Source: an endosymbiont of Lamellibrachia barhami
Lineage (GTDB): Bacteria; Pseudomonadota; Gammaproteobacteria; Chromatiales; Chromatiaceae
Direction: 5' to 3'
DNA length: 23,932 nucleotides
NCBI RefSeq assembly: GCF_011947365.2
Contig: NZ_JAAVSH020000001.1
Coordinates: forward strand, 3,356,697-3,380,628
The notes beneath the pieces were generated by a model. That model was not told the DNA's origin and did no database searches. It worked only from the letters and a program-made list of their open reading frames with translations. Positions 7,493-16,607 of the stretch are shown piece by piece. Within the stretch, counting starts at the first letter, position 1. Every line of letters starts with the position of its first letter. The position numbers were made by a program, and so were the translations under genes.

Positions 7493-8905
7493 ATGACTAA
7501 CAAGACCCTTTACGACAAACTCTGGGATTCACATGTAGTGCGTTACGCTGAAAACGACACTGCACTGCTCTATATCGACCGGCAACTGGTGCATGAGGTG
7601 ACTTCACCCCAGGCCTTCGAAGGGTTGCGACTTGCAGGCCGTAAACCCTGGCGTGTCGAGGCCAATCTGGCCACGCCTGATCACAACGTACCCACCACGA
7701 GTCGTCCCAACGGAATCGCGGATATCTCCGATCCGATTGCACGCATACAGGTGGAGACCCTGGATACCAATTGCGAAGAGTTTGGTTTGACCGAATTCAC
7801 CATGAACGACATCCGTCAGGGCATAGTGCATGTGGTTGGGCCGGAGCAGGGTGCTACCCTGCCGGGCATGACGGTGGTGTGTGGCGACTCCCACACCTCC
7901 ACTCACGGTGCCATGGGTGCACTGGCATTCGGCATCGGAACCTCGGAGGTTGAGCATGCGCTCGCTACCCAGTGCCTGATCCAGAAGAAGTCGAAATCGA
8001 TGTTGATTAGCGTCGACGGCAAGACCGCCCCCGGCGTTACTGCCAAGGACATCGTATTGGCGGTCATCGGTGAGATCGGCACCGCCGGCGGTACCGGTTA
8101 CGCCATTGAGTTTGGTGGTCAGGCAATCCGTGACCTCTCCATCGAAGGTCGGCTGACGGTCTGCAATATGGCGATCGAGGCGGGTGCCAGGGCCGGTTTC
8201 GTGGCAGTGGATGAGAAGACCATCGACTATGTCAAAGGCCGTCCCTATGCACCGGAGGGTGAGGTACTGGAGCTGGCCATCACCAACTGGCAGACCCTGC
8301 ACAGTGATGAAGGTGCTGAGTTCGATAGGGTCGTCAACATCGATGCGGCAGGGATCAAACCTCAGGTTACCTGGGGCACCTCTCCCGAGATGGTGGTCTG
8401 CGTGGATGCGCGGGTGCCGGATCCGGATCAGATCGATGATCCGGTCAAAGCGGAAGGCATGCGCCGGGCGCTGGACTATATGGGACTCGAAGCGGGCACG
8501 CCGATCAGTGAGATCGATGTGGACAAGGTCTTTATCGGCTCCTGCACCAACTCCCGTATCGAGGACATGCGCGAGGCTGCAAAGGTAGCCAAGGGTAGAC
8601 GGGTAGCAGACAACATCAAACTGGCGCTGGTCGTTCCGGGATCCGGACTGGTGAAGCAGCAGGCGGAAGCCGAAGGACTCGACAAAATCTTCGTTGATGC
8701 AGGATTTGAGTGGCGTGAGCCGGGCTGCTCCATGTGTCTGGCCATGAATGCCGACCGGCTGGAGCCGGGTGAGCGTTGTGCATCGACCTCGAATCGCAAT
8801 TTCGAGGGCCGGCAGGGGCAGGGTGGGCGCACCCATCTGGTCAGTCCTGCGATGGCTGCCGCGGCTGCGATTGCCGGGCACTTCGTGGATGTGAGGGATT
8901 TCTGA
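7493..8905 (+). CDS. leuC: 3-isopropylmalate dehydratase large subunit
   Basis: 470 aa. Motifs: [68 protein letters not shown] and the Fe-S Cys ligands. An aagg Shine-Dalgarno sequence lies upstream. Confidence 0.97.
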   Translation: MTNKTLYDKLWDSHVVRYAENDTALLYIDRQLVHEVTSPQAFEGLRLAGRKPWRVEANLATPDHNVPTTSRPNGIADISDPIARIQVETLDTNCEEFGLTEFTMNDIRQGIVHVVGPEQGATLPGMTVVCGDSHTSTHGAMGALAFGIGTSEVEHALATQCLIQKKSKSMLISVDGKTAPGVTAKDIVLAVIGEIGTAGGTGYAIEFGGQAIRDLSIEGRLTVCNMAIEAGARAGFVAVDEKTIDYVKGRPYAPEGEVLELAITNWQTLHSDEGAEFDRVVNIDAAGIKPQVTWGTSPEMVVCVDARVPDPDQIDDPVKAEGMRRALDYMGLEAGTPISEIDVDKVFIGSCTNSRIEDMREAAKVAKGRRVADNIKLALVVPGSGLVKQQAEAEGLDKIFVDAGFEWREPGCSMCLAMNADRLEPGERCASTSNRNFEGRQGQGGRTHLVSPAMAAAAAIAGHFVDVRDF

Positions 8906-8907
8906 TT

Positions 8908-8976
8908 CACCACGAAGGACGTAATGAGAGAAAAACTATTTGTTTTTCTTTATCTTACTCGGCGTTCTTCGCGTAC
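8908..8976. repeat. Inverted-repeat element E1 (cargo-less hairpin) in the leuC-leuD spacer
   Basis: The left arm cacgaaggacg (8911-8921) pairs with the right arm cgttcttcgcg (8963-8973) at 9/11 positions. An inner perfect 8-bp hairpin is agaaaaac (8929-8936) / gtttttct (8942-8949). The right arm is two 9-mers, gcgttcttc gcgtacttt, of the same family as E2/E3. leuC and leuD are normally adjacent, but here they are 88 nt apart. Confidence 0.55.
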
Positions 8977-8993
8977 TTTATGGCTATCTGATT

Positions 8994-9632
8994 ATGAAAA
9001 AATTCGAGACATTTACCGGCCTCGTCTGTCCATTGGATCGTTCCAATGTGGACACCGATGCCATCATTCCCAAGCAGTTTCTTAAGTCGATCAAACGTTC
9101 CGGGTTTGGTCCCAACCTGTTTGATGAATGGCGCTATCTGGATCATGGCGAGCCGGGTATGGACAACAGCAAGCGCTTGTTGAATGAGGATTTTGTCCTC
9201 AATGACCCCCGCTACCAGGGGGCGGGCATCCTTCTGGGACGCGATAATTTTGGTTGTGGTTCTTCCCGTGAGCATGCGCCCTGGGCGTTGGAAGATTATG
9301 GGTTTCGGGTCATAATCGCCACCAGTTTTGCGGATATATTCTTTAATAACTGCTTTAAGAATGGAATATTACCTGTTGTTTTATCAGAAGAAATAATAGA
9401 TAACCTGTTTGCTGTGGCAGGTGGAGAGAAGCCTCTGGAGATAGCTGTGGACCTAGAGGCACAGCAATTGAAGGTAGCAGAGAATGGGGTCATTCCATTT
9501 GAGGTGGATGCATTCCGCAAGCACTGCCTGCTCGATGGGCTCGATGATATCGGCCTCACCCTGCAGCATGTGGATGCCATCAAGGCCTATGAAGTACGCC
9601 GGCGCCAGGAAGCGCCCTGGTTATTTGGTTGA
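8994..9632 (+). CDS. leuD: 3-isopropylmalate dehydratase small subunit
   Basis: 212 aa from the ATG at 8994 ([31 protein letters not shown]..., [13 protein letters not shown]). The track start at 8940 is a TTG reading through the E1 repeat. Confidence 0.95.
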   Translation: MKKFETFTGLVCPLDRSNVDTDAIIPKQFLKSIKRSGFGPNLFDEWRYLDHGEPGMDNSKRLLNEDFVLNDPRYQGAGILLGRDNFGCGSSREHAPWALEDYGFRVIIATSFADIFFNNCFKNGILPVVLSEEIIDNLFAVAGGEKPLEIAVDLEAQQLKVAENGVIPFEVDAFRKHCLLDGLDDIGLTLQHVDAIKAYEVRRRQEAPWLFG

Positions 9633-9634
9633 AG

Positions 9635-10094
9635 AACCGCAAAGTGCGCTAAGAGCGCTAAGAAAAACAGTTACAAGGATGTAAGGGATGGATATCGAAA
9701 AGAGCGGGCGTCAGGTCGTAGATTCAGCGGTCAAGGTTCATCGAGAGATGGGGCCTGGACTGTTAGAAAAAACCTATGAGACATGCCTGGAATATGAGCT
9801 GCGCAAAAGAAACATCCCAACCGCGAGGCAGGTTGAATTGCCAGTGGTTTATGATGGACTCAAGCTTGATGGCGGTTACAGGATAGACTTGCTTGTCGAT
9901 CAAATGATCGTCATAGAGATCAAAGCGGTCCGATTGCTAAGCGAGATACACGATGCACAGTTGTTGAATTACCTGAAGTTAGGTGATTTTAGACTGGGTT
10001 ATTTATTAAATTTCAATGTTAGGAGAATGAAGTTCGGGATAAAACGCATGGTGAATAATCTTTAAACTTTGCGTTCTTTGCGTTCTTTGCGGTT
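9635..10094 (+). mobile_element. Inverted-repeat-bracketed cassette E2 carrying the GxxExxY gene (putative selfish or mobile insertion in the leuD-leuB spacer)
   Basis: The 28-nt left arm is aaccgcaaagtgcgctaagagcgctaag (9635-9662). The 28-nt right arm is ctttgcgttctttgcgttctttgcggtt (10067-10094). The arms are complementary at 23/28 positions, including a perfect terminal 10-mer aaccgcaaag/ctttgcggtt. Each arm contains a tandem 9-mer. The ORF stop lies 1 nt from the right arm. Mobility itself is inferred, not shown. Confidence 0.45.
9688..10065 (+). CDS. GxxExxY protein (PD-(D/E)XK nuclease-fold, PDDEXK_3-like)
   Basis: 125 aa. It contains [10 protein letters not shown] (the G-x-x-E-x-x-Y motif) and a D...E-x-K core (RIDLLVD...IVIEIK). 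The size and YLLNFN C-terminal block fit the GxxExxY family. Confidence 0.85.
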   Translation: MDIEKSGRQVVDSAVKVHREMGPGLLEKTYETCLEYELRKRNIPTARQVELPVVYDGLKLDGGYRIDLLVDQMIVIEIKAVRLLSEIHDAQLLNYLKLGDFRLGYLLNFNVRRMKFGIKRMVNNL

Positions 10095-10100
10095 AATAAT

Positions 10101-11174
10101 ATGAGCAAAAATATACTGATTCTACCGGGTGACGGCATTGGCCCTGAGATTGTTACCGAGGCGGTAAAGGTGATGGCCGCACTGCGTGACGATTTTGGCC
10201 TGGATATCGAGATGGACGAGGCGCTGGTCGGTGGCGCTGCCATCGATGCCACCGGTAGTCCGTTGCCTGAAGCAACTATGGAACTGGCGCAGGAGGCGGA
10301 CGCGATTCTGCTTGGTGCAGTCGGTGGCTACAAATGGGAAGGGCTGGACATCTCCATCCGTCCTGAGAAGGGGCTGCTGGGTCTGCGCGCCGGTCTCAAT
10401 CTCTTTGCCAATCTGCGTCCCGCGATCCTCTACCCGCAACTGGCGGATGCCTCGACCCTGAAGCCGGAAGTGGTTTCGGGTCTCGATATTATGATCGTGC
10501 GCGAGCTGACCGGCGGCATCTACTTTGGCCAGCCCCGGGGCGTGCGTGAGCTCGATAATGGCGAAAAACAGGGCTTCAATACCCTGGTCTACGCCGAGTC
10601 CGAGGTCGACCGCATCAGCCGCGTCGCCTTCGACATCGCCATGAAGCGTGACAAACGGGTCTGTTCCGTGGATAAGGCCAATGTCTTGGAGTGCACTGAG
10701 TTGTGGCGTGAGGTCGCCACCCGTGTGGGCGACGACTACCCGGATGTTGAACTGAGTCACATGTATGTGGATAACGCTGCGATGCAGTTGGTGCGGGCGC
10801 CGAAACAGTTTGATGTGATGGTTACCACCAACATGTTCGGTGATATTCTGTCAGATTGCGCCGCCATGCTCACCGGTTCCATCGGCATGCTGCCCTCCGC
10901 CTCGCTGGATGAGAACCGCAAGGGCATGTATGAGCCGATCCACGGCTCTGCGCCGGATATCGCCGGGCAGAACAAGGCGAACCCGCTGGCCACCATCCTC
11001 TCGGTATCGATGATGCTGCGTTACAGTCTGGACGAAGCCGCGATGGCGGATCGTATCGAGGCGGCGGTCAACAAGGTGCTGGACGATGGCTTGCGGACCC
11101 AGGACATCATGTCCGAGGGAAAAACCGAGGTCAGCTGCGACGCCATGGGCGATGCGGTGGTCGCGGCGCTGTGA
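10101..11174 (+). CDS. leuB: 3-isopropylmalate dehydrogenase
   Basis: 357 aa. Motifs: [48 protein letters not shown] and [16 protein letters not shown]. Confidence 0.97.
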   Translation: MSKNILILPGDGIGPEIVTEAVKVMAALRDDFGLDIEMDEALVGGAAIDATGSPLPEATMELAQEADAILLGAVGGYKWEGLDISIRPEKGLLGLRAGLNLFANLRPAILYPQLADASTLKPEVVSGLDIMIVRELTGGIYFGQPRGVRELDNGEKQGFNTLVYAESEVDRISRVAFDIAMKRDKRVCSVDKANVLECTELWREVATRVGDDYPDVELSHMYVDNAAMQLVRAPKQFDVMVTTNMFGDILSDCAAMLTGSIGMLPSASLDENRKGMYEPIHGSAPDIAGQNKANPLATILSVSMMLRYSLDEAAMADRIEAAVNKVLDDGLRTQDIMSEGKTEVSCDAMGDAVVAAL

Positions 11175-11180
11175 TGTTGT

Positions 11181-11262
11181 AACCACGAAGAACGCAAAGG
11201 CTGTAATAAAGTCATTGTTCACGCCGATAAGGATCTTTGCGTACTTCGCGTTCTTTGCGGTT
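11181..11262. repeat. Inverted-repeat element E3 (cargo-less) in the leuB-asd spacer
   Basis: The left arm aaccacgaagaacgcaaag (11181-11199) pairs at 16/19 positions with the end of the right arm ctttgcgtacttcgcgttctttgcggtt (11235-11262). That right arm plus the following aat differs from the E2 right arm at only 2 of 31 positions. The loop is 35 nt. Confidence 0.6.
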
Positions 11263-11284
11263 AATTGAAATAGAGACGAGACAG

Positions 11285-12403
11285 ATGAAACGAGTTGGAT
11301 TTGTAGGTTGGCGTGGCATGGTCGGATCGGTCCTGATGGGCCGTATGCGCGAAGAGAACGATTTTGCCGATATCGAAGAGCCGGTCTTCTTCACCACCTC
11401 CCAGGCGGGCCAGAAGGGTCCCGACATCGGCAGAGAGATTCCGCTGCTCAAGGATGCGACGGATATCGATGAACTGAAGAAAATGGATGTAATCCTTACC
11501 TGCCAGGGTGGCGGTTACACCAATGAGGTCTTCCCCAAGTTGCGTGCTGCGGGTTGGGACGGCTACTGGATCGATGCGGCATCCAGCCTGCGTATGAAGG
11601 ATCACACCATTATCGTGCTCGATCCGGTCAACGACAACGTCATTCGCGATGGCCTGAGCAGTGGCGTCAAGGACTACATCGGGGGCAATTGCACCGTCAG
11701 TCTGATGCTGATGGCGCTGGGTGGTCTCTTCCGGGAGGATCTGGTGGAGTGGACGACTGCTATGACCTATCAGGCTGCATCCGGCGCCGGTGCCAAAAAC
11801 ATGCGGGAGTTGATCAAACAGATGGGCGCAGTAAAGGCGGCTGTCAGCAATGAGCAGCTGGATGATCCCTACTCGCCGATTCTCCCCATCGACCAGGCGG
11901 TGGCGGATGTCATCCGCAGCGACAGCTTCCCCACCGAGAATTTTGGTGCGCCGTTGGCGGGTGCTCTGATTCCCTGGATCGATGTGGCACGGGAGAATGG
12001 CCAGAGCAAGGAGGAGTGGAAAGGTTTTGCCGAGACCAACAAGATCCTGCGCCGTACCGACAATCCTGTGCCCATCGACGGAACCTGTGTGCGCATTGGC
12101 GCGATGCGCTGTCACAGTCAGGCACTGACGGTCAAACTGCGCAGGGATGTGCCGATGGATGAGGTGGAAGAGATCCTCGGTTCCGCCAATGACTGGGTCA
12201 AGGTAGTGCCCAATGAACGGGACATCACTGTACAGGAGTTGACGCCGGCCAAAGTGACCGGTTCCCTGGTGGTGCCGGTGGGTCGTCTGCGCAAGATGAA
12301 TCTCGGTGCGAAATACCTGAATGCCTTCACGGTGGGTGATCAGCTTCTCTGGGGTGCGGCGGAACCCTTGCGACGGATGTTGCGTATTCTCATAGAGAGC
12401 TGA
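11285..12403 (+). CDS. asd: Aspartate-semialdehyde dehydrogenase
   Basis: 372 aa from the ATG at 11285 ([21 protein letters not shown]). The catalytic-Cys motif [16 protein letters not shown] is present. The track start at 11237 runs through repeat E3. Confidence 0.95.
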   Translation: MKRVGFVGWRGMVGSVLMGRMREENDFADIEEPVFFTTSQAGQKGPDIGREIPLLKDATDIDELKKMDVILTCQGGGYTNEVFPKLRAAGWDGYWIDAASSLRMKDHTIIVLDPVNDNVIRDGLSSGVKDYIGGNCTVSLMLMALGGLFREDLVEWTTAMTYQAASGAGAKNMRELIKQMGAVKAAVSNEQLDDPYSPILPIDQAVADVIRSDSFPTENFGAPLAGALIPWIDVARENGQSKEEWKGFAETNKILRRTDNPVPIDGTCVRIGAMRCHSQALTVKLRRDVPMDEVEEILGSANDWVKVVPNERDITVQELTPAKVTGSLVVPVGRLRKMNLGAKYLNAFTVGDQLLWGAAEPLRRMLRILIES

Positions 12404-12585
12404 TTGATTAAATGCTTGGGGCCGACTTTGCTCCAATGCCCGGAAGAAGATGGCCCCGGCGCGCAAATAGCGTGTACGGGGTTCTTCATGAATAGTGGAA
12501 ACTGAACACGGCCCCGCCGCTCCCGGTGTTTCTTCGTAACGAATTGCGGGGAACCGAACCCTATAATTTAGAGATTGAACAGAAT

Positions 12586-13605
12586 ATGAACCCTGAAGTG
12601 GATATTGCACTGGTCGGCGCGACCGGTCTGGTTGGTGAAGCCTTACTGGAGGCCATCTCTTCGCATCCCATGCTTGCCGGTAGCGTGCAGGTGCTCGGGG
12701 ATGAGGAGGCGGCGGGAGATACGGTTGAGTTCGGGAAACGGGCATTGACCATTGCTGATCTGTCGCTGTTCGATTTCACCCAAGTCCGTATTGTTATTTC
12801 GACCGGCGAAGACTCCTCTGCTGGAGACTGGCTTGATCTCGCACAGGATGCCGGTTGTATTATTCTGGATATCGGTGCCCGGCTGCTGGAGGCGACAGAT
12901 CTGCCACCTGTGGTCGGCTGGGTCAATCCTGAGTCAATGGAAGTTGTATCGAAAGGGGGCATCATTACCCTGCCGGACGCAGGCACAAGCCAGTTGGTCA
13001 GGATTCTCAAACCCGTGCTGGACAGGGTGGGGCTTGAACAAGTCTCGGTGGTCAGTTATCAGGCCGTTTCAGATTTCGGTCATGCCGGCGTGGAAGAGAT
13101 GGCGAGGCAGACTGCGCAGTTGCTCAACGCCAAACCGATAACTCCAGTACTGTTTCCCCAGCAGATTGCATTCAATCTTTTGTCGATAGTGGACGAGGTC
13201 AACGAAGACGGGAGCACCCTCGGTGAGACAAAGGCTGAGCAGGATGCCCTGAATGTCCTTGGATGCGATGATCTTTCGTTAACCGTGACAACTGCCATAG
13301 CGCCTGTTTTTTACGGACACTCACAGGTGGTTCAGTTTCAAACTTCCCGGCCGCTAACATTGAAGAACCTGCAGTCGCTGTTGGCAGAGACTGAGGGTGT
13401 AACGCTTGTGGATAGTGAAAACGATGCCTGTGTCAGTCCAGTGAGCCATGCTTCAGGCAAGGAAGAGATCACAGTCGGCAGGATCAGGTCTGTAGGGAAA
13501 AACGCAACGCAATTCTCACTTTTTACAGTGGCTGACAATCTGCGTTCAGGTATTGCGGCAAATGTTGTGAAGATTGTTGAAGTTTTGGTAAAAGACTATT
13601 TATAA
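12586..13605 (+). CDS. usg: USG-1-like protein (Asd paralog without the catalytic cysteine)
   Basis: 339 aa from the ATG at 12586 (MNPEVDIALVGATGLVGEALLEAIS, compare E. coli Usg NIAVLGATGAVGEALLETL). At the Asd P-N-C-S-T-I-Q site it reads LPDAGTSQL (E. coli Usg has PDSLTSQ). The APVFYGHSQ His motif is retained. Its position between asd and fimV/truA fits usg synteny. Confidence 0.8.
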   Translation: MNPEVDIALVGATGLVGEALLEAISSHPMLAGSVQVLGDEEAAGDTVEFGKRALTIADLSLFDFTQVRIVISTGEDSSAGDWLDLAQDAGCIILDIGARLLEATDLPPVVGWVNPESMEVVSKGGIITLPDAGTSQLVRILKPVLDRVGLEQVSVVSYQAVSDFGHAGVEEMARQTAQLLNAKPITPVLFPQQIAFNLLSIVDEVNEDGSTLGETKAEQDALNVLGCDDLSLTVTTAIAPVFYGHSQVVQFQTSRPLTLKNLQSLLAETEGVTLVDSENDACVSPVSHASGKEEITVGRIRSVGKNATQFSLFTVADNLRSGIAANVVKIVEVLVKDYL

Positions 13606-13731
13606 GCTATAGTTATGCGGATAATATTAAGTTTATTCTATCATTCATAATGTTCCATCTGGATTTAAATAAACCCTTTGTATCTGCTTCTCATCCACGG
13701 GTGAGTGGGGTGGTTCAGGCAAGGAGGAAGC

Positions 13732-16533
13732 ATGATTCGTAAGCTGTCCCTGGCAGTGGCTATAGCAACAGCCCTGTCACCACTGGGCGCCTATGCGCTT
13801 GGATTGGGTGAGATTCATACTCAATCGTCTCTCAACCAATATTTCAAAGCGGATATCGATCTGATATCAGTGAAATCTGATGAGGTGCAGGACGTCAGGG
13901 TAGAGCTGGCTTCTCAAGCAGCCTTTGCTCGGGCCGGTGTTGAGCGTCCCTTTATGCTTTCCGGCTTGACCTTTAAACCGACTCTACGCAGTGATGGCAA
14001 AGTGGTCATTGTGGTGAGCAGTCGGGACCCCGTGCGTGAACCTTTCCTCAATTTCCTTATTGAGGTTAACTGGCCGAAGGGTCGTCTGGTCCGAGAGTAC
14101 ACAGTACTACTGGATCCGCCGGTTACGGTGAAACGCAAACCGGCGCCGGTTATTGCTCCGATTGTGCAGACTGCGCCTGCGAGCAGACCAACACCCGTGC
14201 AGAGCAGGAGGACGGTTACATCCCGCCAGCCGGCTGCTACCAGCAGGAGTGATACTGGTGCCCGCGAATACGGTCCCATCAAGAGTAATGACAATCTTTG
14301 GATTATCGCCAAGTCGATGCGCCGCGAAGGTGAAACCAACGAGCAGGTTATGATGGCGCTGCTGGAACATAATCCGCGGGCTTTTATCCGAAATAATGTC
14401 AATGGTCTGAAGGTTGGCAAGATCCTGCGTCTTCCAGACGGTGCTGATCCATCCGCGCTTGCACCCCGTGAAGCTAGGTCCGAATTCCTGGCCCAAACAC
14501 GCGCCTGGAAAGAGAATCGTGGTCGCGGCAAAGCTGCGACGGCCGACCAGTCAGACGTCAAGCCAACGCCAGCTCCTCAGGATGATCGCCTGAAGCTGGT
14601 CTCTGCCAAGCCAGAGGCCGATGAGGCCGTCGACAGGGAAGGCAAAGCCGATCAGAAAGAAGATATCCAACGTCTTGAAAAACAGATTTTGCTGGTACGT
14701 GAATCCAATGAATCCACGCGCCAGGAGAGTGAGGAACTACGCGGTCGGATCAAGGGCCTGGAAGCTCAACTGGCGGACATCCAGCGGCTTCTGACCCTGA
14801 AGAGCGATCAGCTTGCACAGTTACAGTCGACGCAGCTTCTTGAATCTCAGGTCCCAGAAGTGATAGCCGAAGAGGAAGTGCTGCCGGTTTCCGACGAACC
14901 CGTCATCGAAGAGGCAGATATTGAGTCTGCTATCGAAGAGGCCATGCAGCAAAGTGCAGACAGTGCTGCTGTTGCTGAACCGGTGCAAGAGGCGAAACCT
15001 GAACCTGTTGTTACAGAAAAGCCTGCTCCCGTGGTTGCGCCACCTGTGACTCCGACCAGGGTCGCAGAGGAGACTGCGCCAAAACCGATCGTAAAGAAAA
15101 AGCCTAAGGAGAGAGGGCTGTTGGATGCCCTGACCGGCAACACAACCCTGATGGGTATAGTGGGTGCTGTTGGGGTGCTCCTGCTCTCGCTGCTATGGCT
15201 GATCATGCGGCGCCGCAAGGAGGCTGAAGCGGAATTTGCCGAAAGTATTCTTGTCACTCCAGATGGAGAGCCTGCAGCTGAAGCGGCCCAGGTGGAGGCG
15301 GGTTCCATCAACGAACTGACAGATGAAACATCATTCCTGAGTGATTTTTCTCCCAGTGACATCGATGCACTGCAGGATGAAACCGGTGAGGTCGATCCTC
15401 TCTCCGAAGCTGATGTTTATATCGCCTATGGCCGTTATCAGCAGGCTGAAGAACTGGTCAAGCAGGCGATCGAAAAGGCCCCTGAGCGTGCGGAACTGAA
15501 GCACAAGCTGCTGGAGATTCACTATTCGGCAAAAGATACGAGTGCATTTGCCGCACTAGCCGGTGCGCTTTCTGCTGCGGGTATCGCAACCACGAACCCG
15601 GATGTCTGGAGCAGAATCTCCGCCATGGGCAGGGAACTCGATCCGGAAAACAGTCTGTTTGGTTCTGCTACGGACGCAATGCCGACGGCGGACAGTTTTG
15701 CATCGGGCATGGATGATGAACTCGACGATCTTGGTTTGAATCTGGATAGTGAGCTGCACGACTCTTCTCTCGATCTGTCGAGCCCTGCACCAGTTGCCCC
15801 AGAATCTGTCGATATCATGGATGCTCTTGATAACGACCTTGATTCCCTGGATCTGAGTGAACTCTCTGATCTGGATGATATGGAACCCAGTGCTCTGGAT
15901 TCTGGGTTATCCATAGATTCGGGAATGGCCGATGATGCGGTGGCACAAAATGATGCCGCAAACCAGACGAAATCCGACACCACTGACTCTGAACTGCTGG
16001 ATATCGATCTTGCCAGTCTGGGACTCGATTCAGGATTGCTGGAGGATGCCACGCCATCCGAAGGATTGGATGACAGTCTGCAGCTCGATACATCACCAGA
16101 TACCGAAAGTGTGCTTGCGGATCTGGACCTGGGAGACTTGGCCGACGATACGGACTCTGCAACCAGCAGCATAATAGGCATCGACGACTCCGAGTCCCTC
16201 GACGATCTTGATCTTGAGAGCCTGGAACGTGAATTGGAGTCGCTCTCCGAAGATCTGGATGCAAAAGAGAGCGAAGGGTCTGATCTGTTGGATAGCGACA
16301 GTGAGAATCTGGGTGAGGCTGACGAAGCTATCGCACCCCACTCACTGACCTTCGATGAGGAGATGGAACTGGGTGCAGAAGATGAAGTGAATACCAAACT
16401 CGATCTGGCCCGCGCTTACGTGGATATGGGGGATGAAGAGGGTGCAAGAAATATCCTCGAAGAGGTGGCCAGTGAAGGCAACGATGAGCAGCAGGAAGAG
16501 GCCACGCAATTGCTTGAAAAGATGTCATCCTGA
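13732..16533 (+). CDS. fimV: FimV/HubP-family polar scaffold protein (signal peptide, LysM, TM segment, acidic repeats, FimV C-terminal motif)
   Basis: 933 aa from the ATG at 13732, preceded by aggagga. It has a signal-like N-terminus MIRKLSLAVAIATALSPLGAYALGLGE and a LysM-like block YGPIKSNDNLWIIAKSM...GLKVGKILRLP. A coiled-coil region and the TM segment LMGIVGAVGVLLLSLLWLIM follow. The C-terminal half is extremely D/E/S/L-rich. The terminal motif is TKLDLARAYVDMGDEEGARNILEEV. Confidence 0.85.
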   Translation: MIRKLSLAVAIATALSPLGAYALGLGEIHTQSSLNQYFKADIDLISVKSDEVQDVRVELASQAAFARAGVERPFMLSGLTFKPTLRSDGKVVIVVSSRDPVREPFLNFLIEVNWPKGRLVREYTVLLDPPVTVKRKPAPVIAPIVQTAPASRPTPVQSRRTVTSRQPAATSRSDTGAREYGPIKSNDNLWIIAKSMRREGETNEQVMMALLEHNPRAFIRNNVNGLKVGKILRLPDGADPSALAPREARSEFLAQTRAWKENRGRGKAATADQSDVKPTPAPQDDRLKLVSAKPEADEAVDREGKADQKEDIQRLEKQILLVRESNESTRQESEELRGRIKGLEAQLADIQRLLTLKSDQLAQLQSTQLLESQVPEVIAEEEVLPVSDEPVIEEADIESAIEEAMQQSADSAAVAEPVQEAKPEPVVTEKPAPVVAPPVTPTRVAEETAPKPIVKKKPKERGLLDALTGNTTLMGIVGAVGVLLLSLLWLIMRRRKEAEAEFAESILVTPDGEPAAEAAQVEAGSINELTDETSFLSDFSPSDIDALQDETGEVDPLSEADVYIAYGRYQQAEELVKQAIEKAPERAELKHKLLEIHYSAKDTSAFAALAGALSAAGIATTNPDVWSRISAMGRELDPENSLFGSATDAMPTADSFASGMDDELDDLGLNLDSELHDSSLDLSSPAPVAPESVDIMDALDNDLDSLDLSELSDLDDMEPSALDSGLSIDSGMADDAVAQNDAANQTKSDTTDSELLDIDLASLGLDSGLLEDATPSEGLDDSLQLDTSPDTESVLADLDLGDLADDTDSATSSIIGIDDSESLDDLDLESLERELESLSEDLDAKESEGSDLLDSDSENLGEADEAIAPHSLTFDEEMELGAEDEVNTKLDLARAYVDMGDEEGARNILEEVASEGNDEQQEEATQLLEKMSS

Positions 16534-16559
16534 TATTGTCGTAAGAGATGTCTTCTGAA

Positions 16560-16587
16560 GGGGTGCAGTCTGCACCCCTTTTCTTTT
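16560..16587 (+). terminator. Rho-independent terminator after fimV
   Basis: Perfect 8-bp GC-rich stem ggggtgca (16560-16567) / tgcacccc (16571-16578) with a 3-nt loop, followed by ttttctttt (16579-16587). It lies 27 nt after the fimV stop. Confidence 0.8.
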
Positions 16588-16607
16588 GTATCCATGAAGA
16601 GAAATAG

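Noticed and set aside
7604-8881. 425-aa ORF on the - strand
   Set aside because: It is antisense to leuC. The Arg/Gly/His-rich composition is typical of reverse-frame artefacts.
8940-8993. TTG-initiated extension of leuD ([18 protein letters not shown])
   Set aside because: It reads through the right half of repeat E1. LeuD homology starts at MKKFETFTG (ATG 8994).
12562-12567. Perfect TATAAT hexamer upstream of usg as a promoter -10 element
   Set aside because: No acceptable -35 lies at 16-18 nt spacing (ttgcgg is only 12 nt away). It would leave a very short leader. It cannot be supported from sequence alone.
11261-12745. 494-aa ORF on the - strand
   Set aside because: It is antisense to asd and to the asd-usg spacer, has no motifs, and competes with a clearly recognisable asd frame.
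15522-16397. 291-aa Ser-rich ORF on the - strand
   Set aside because: It is the mirror image of the acidic GAx-rich repeat region of fimV, a compositional artefact.
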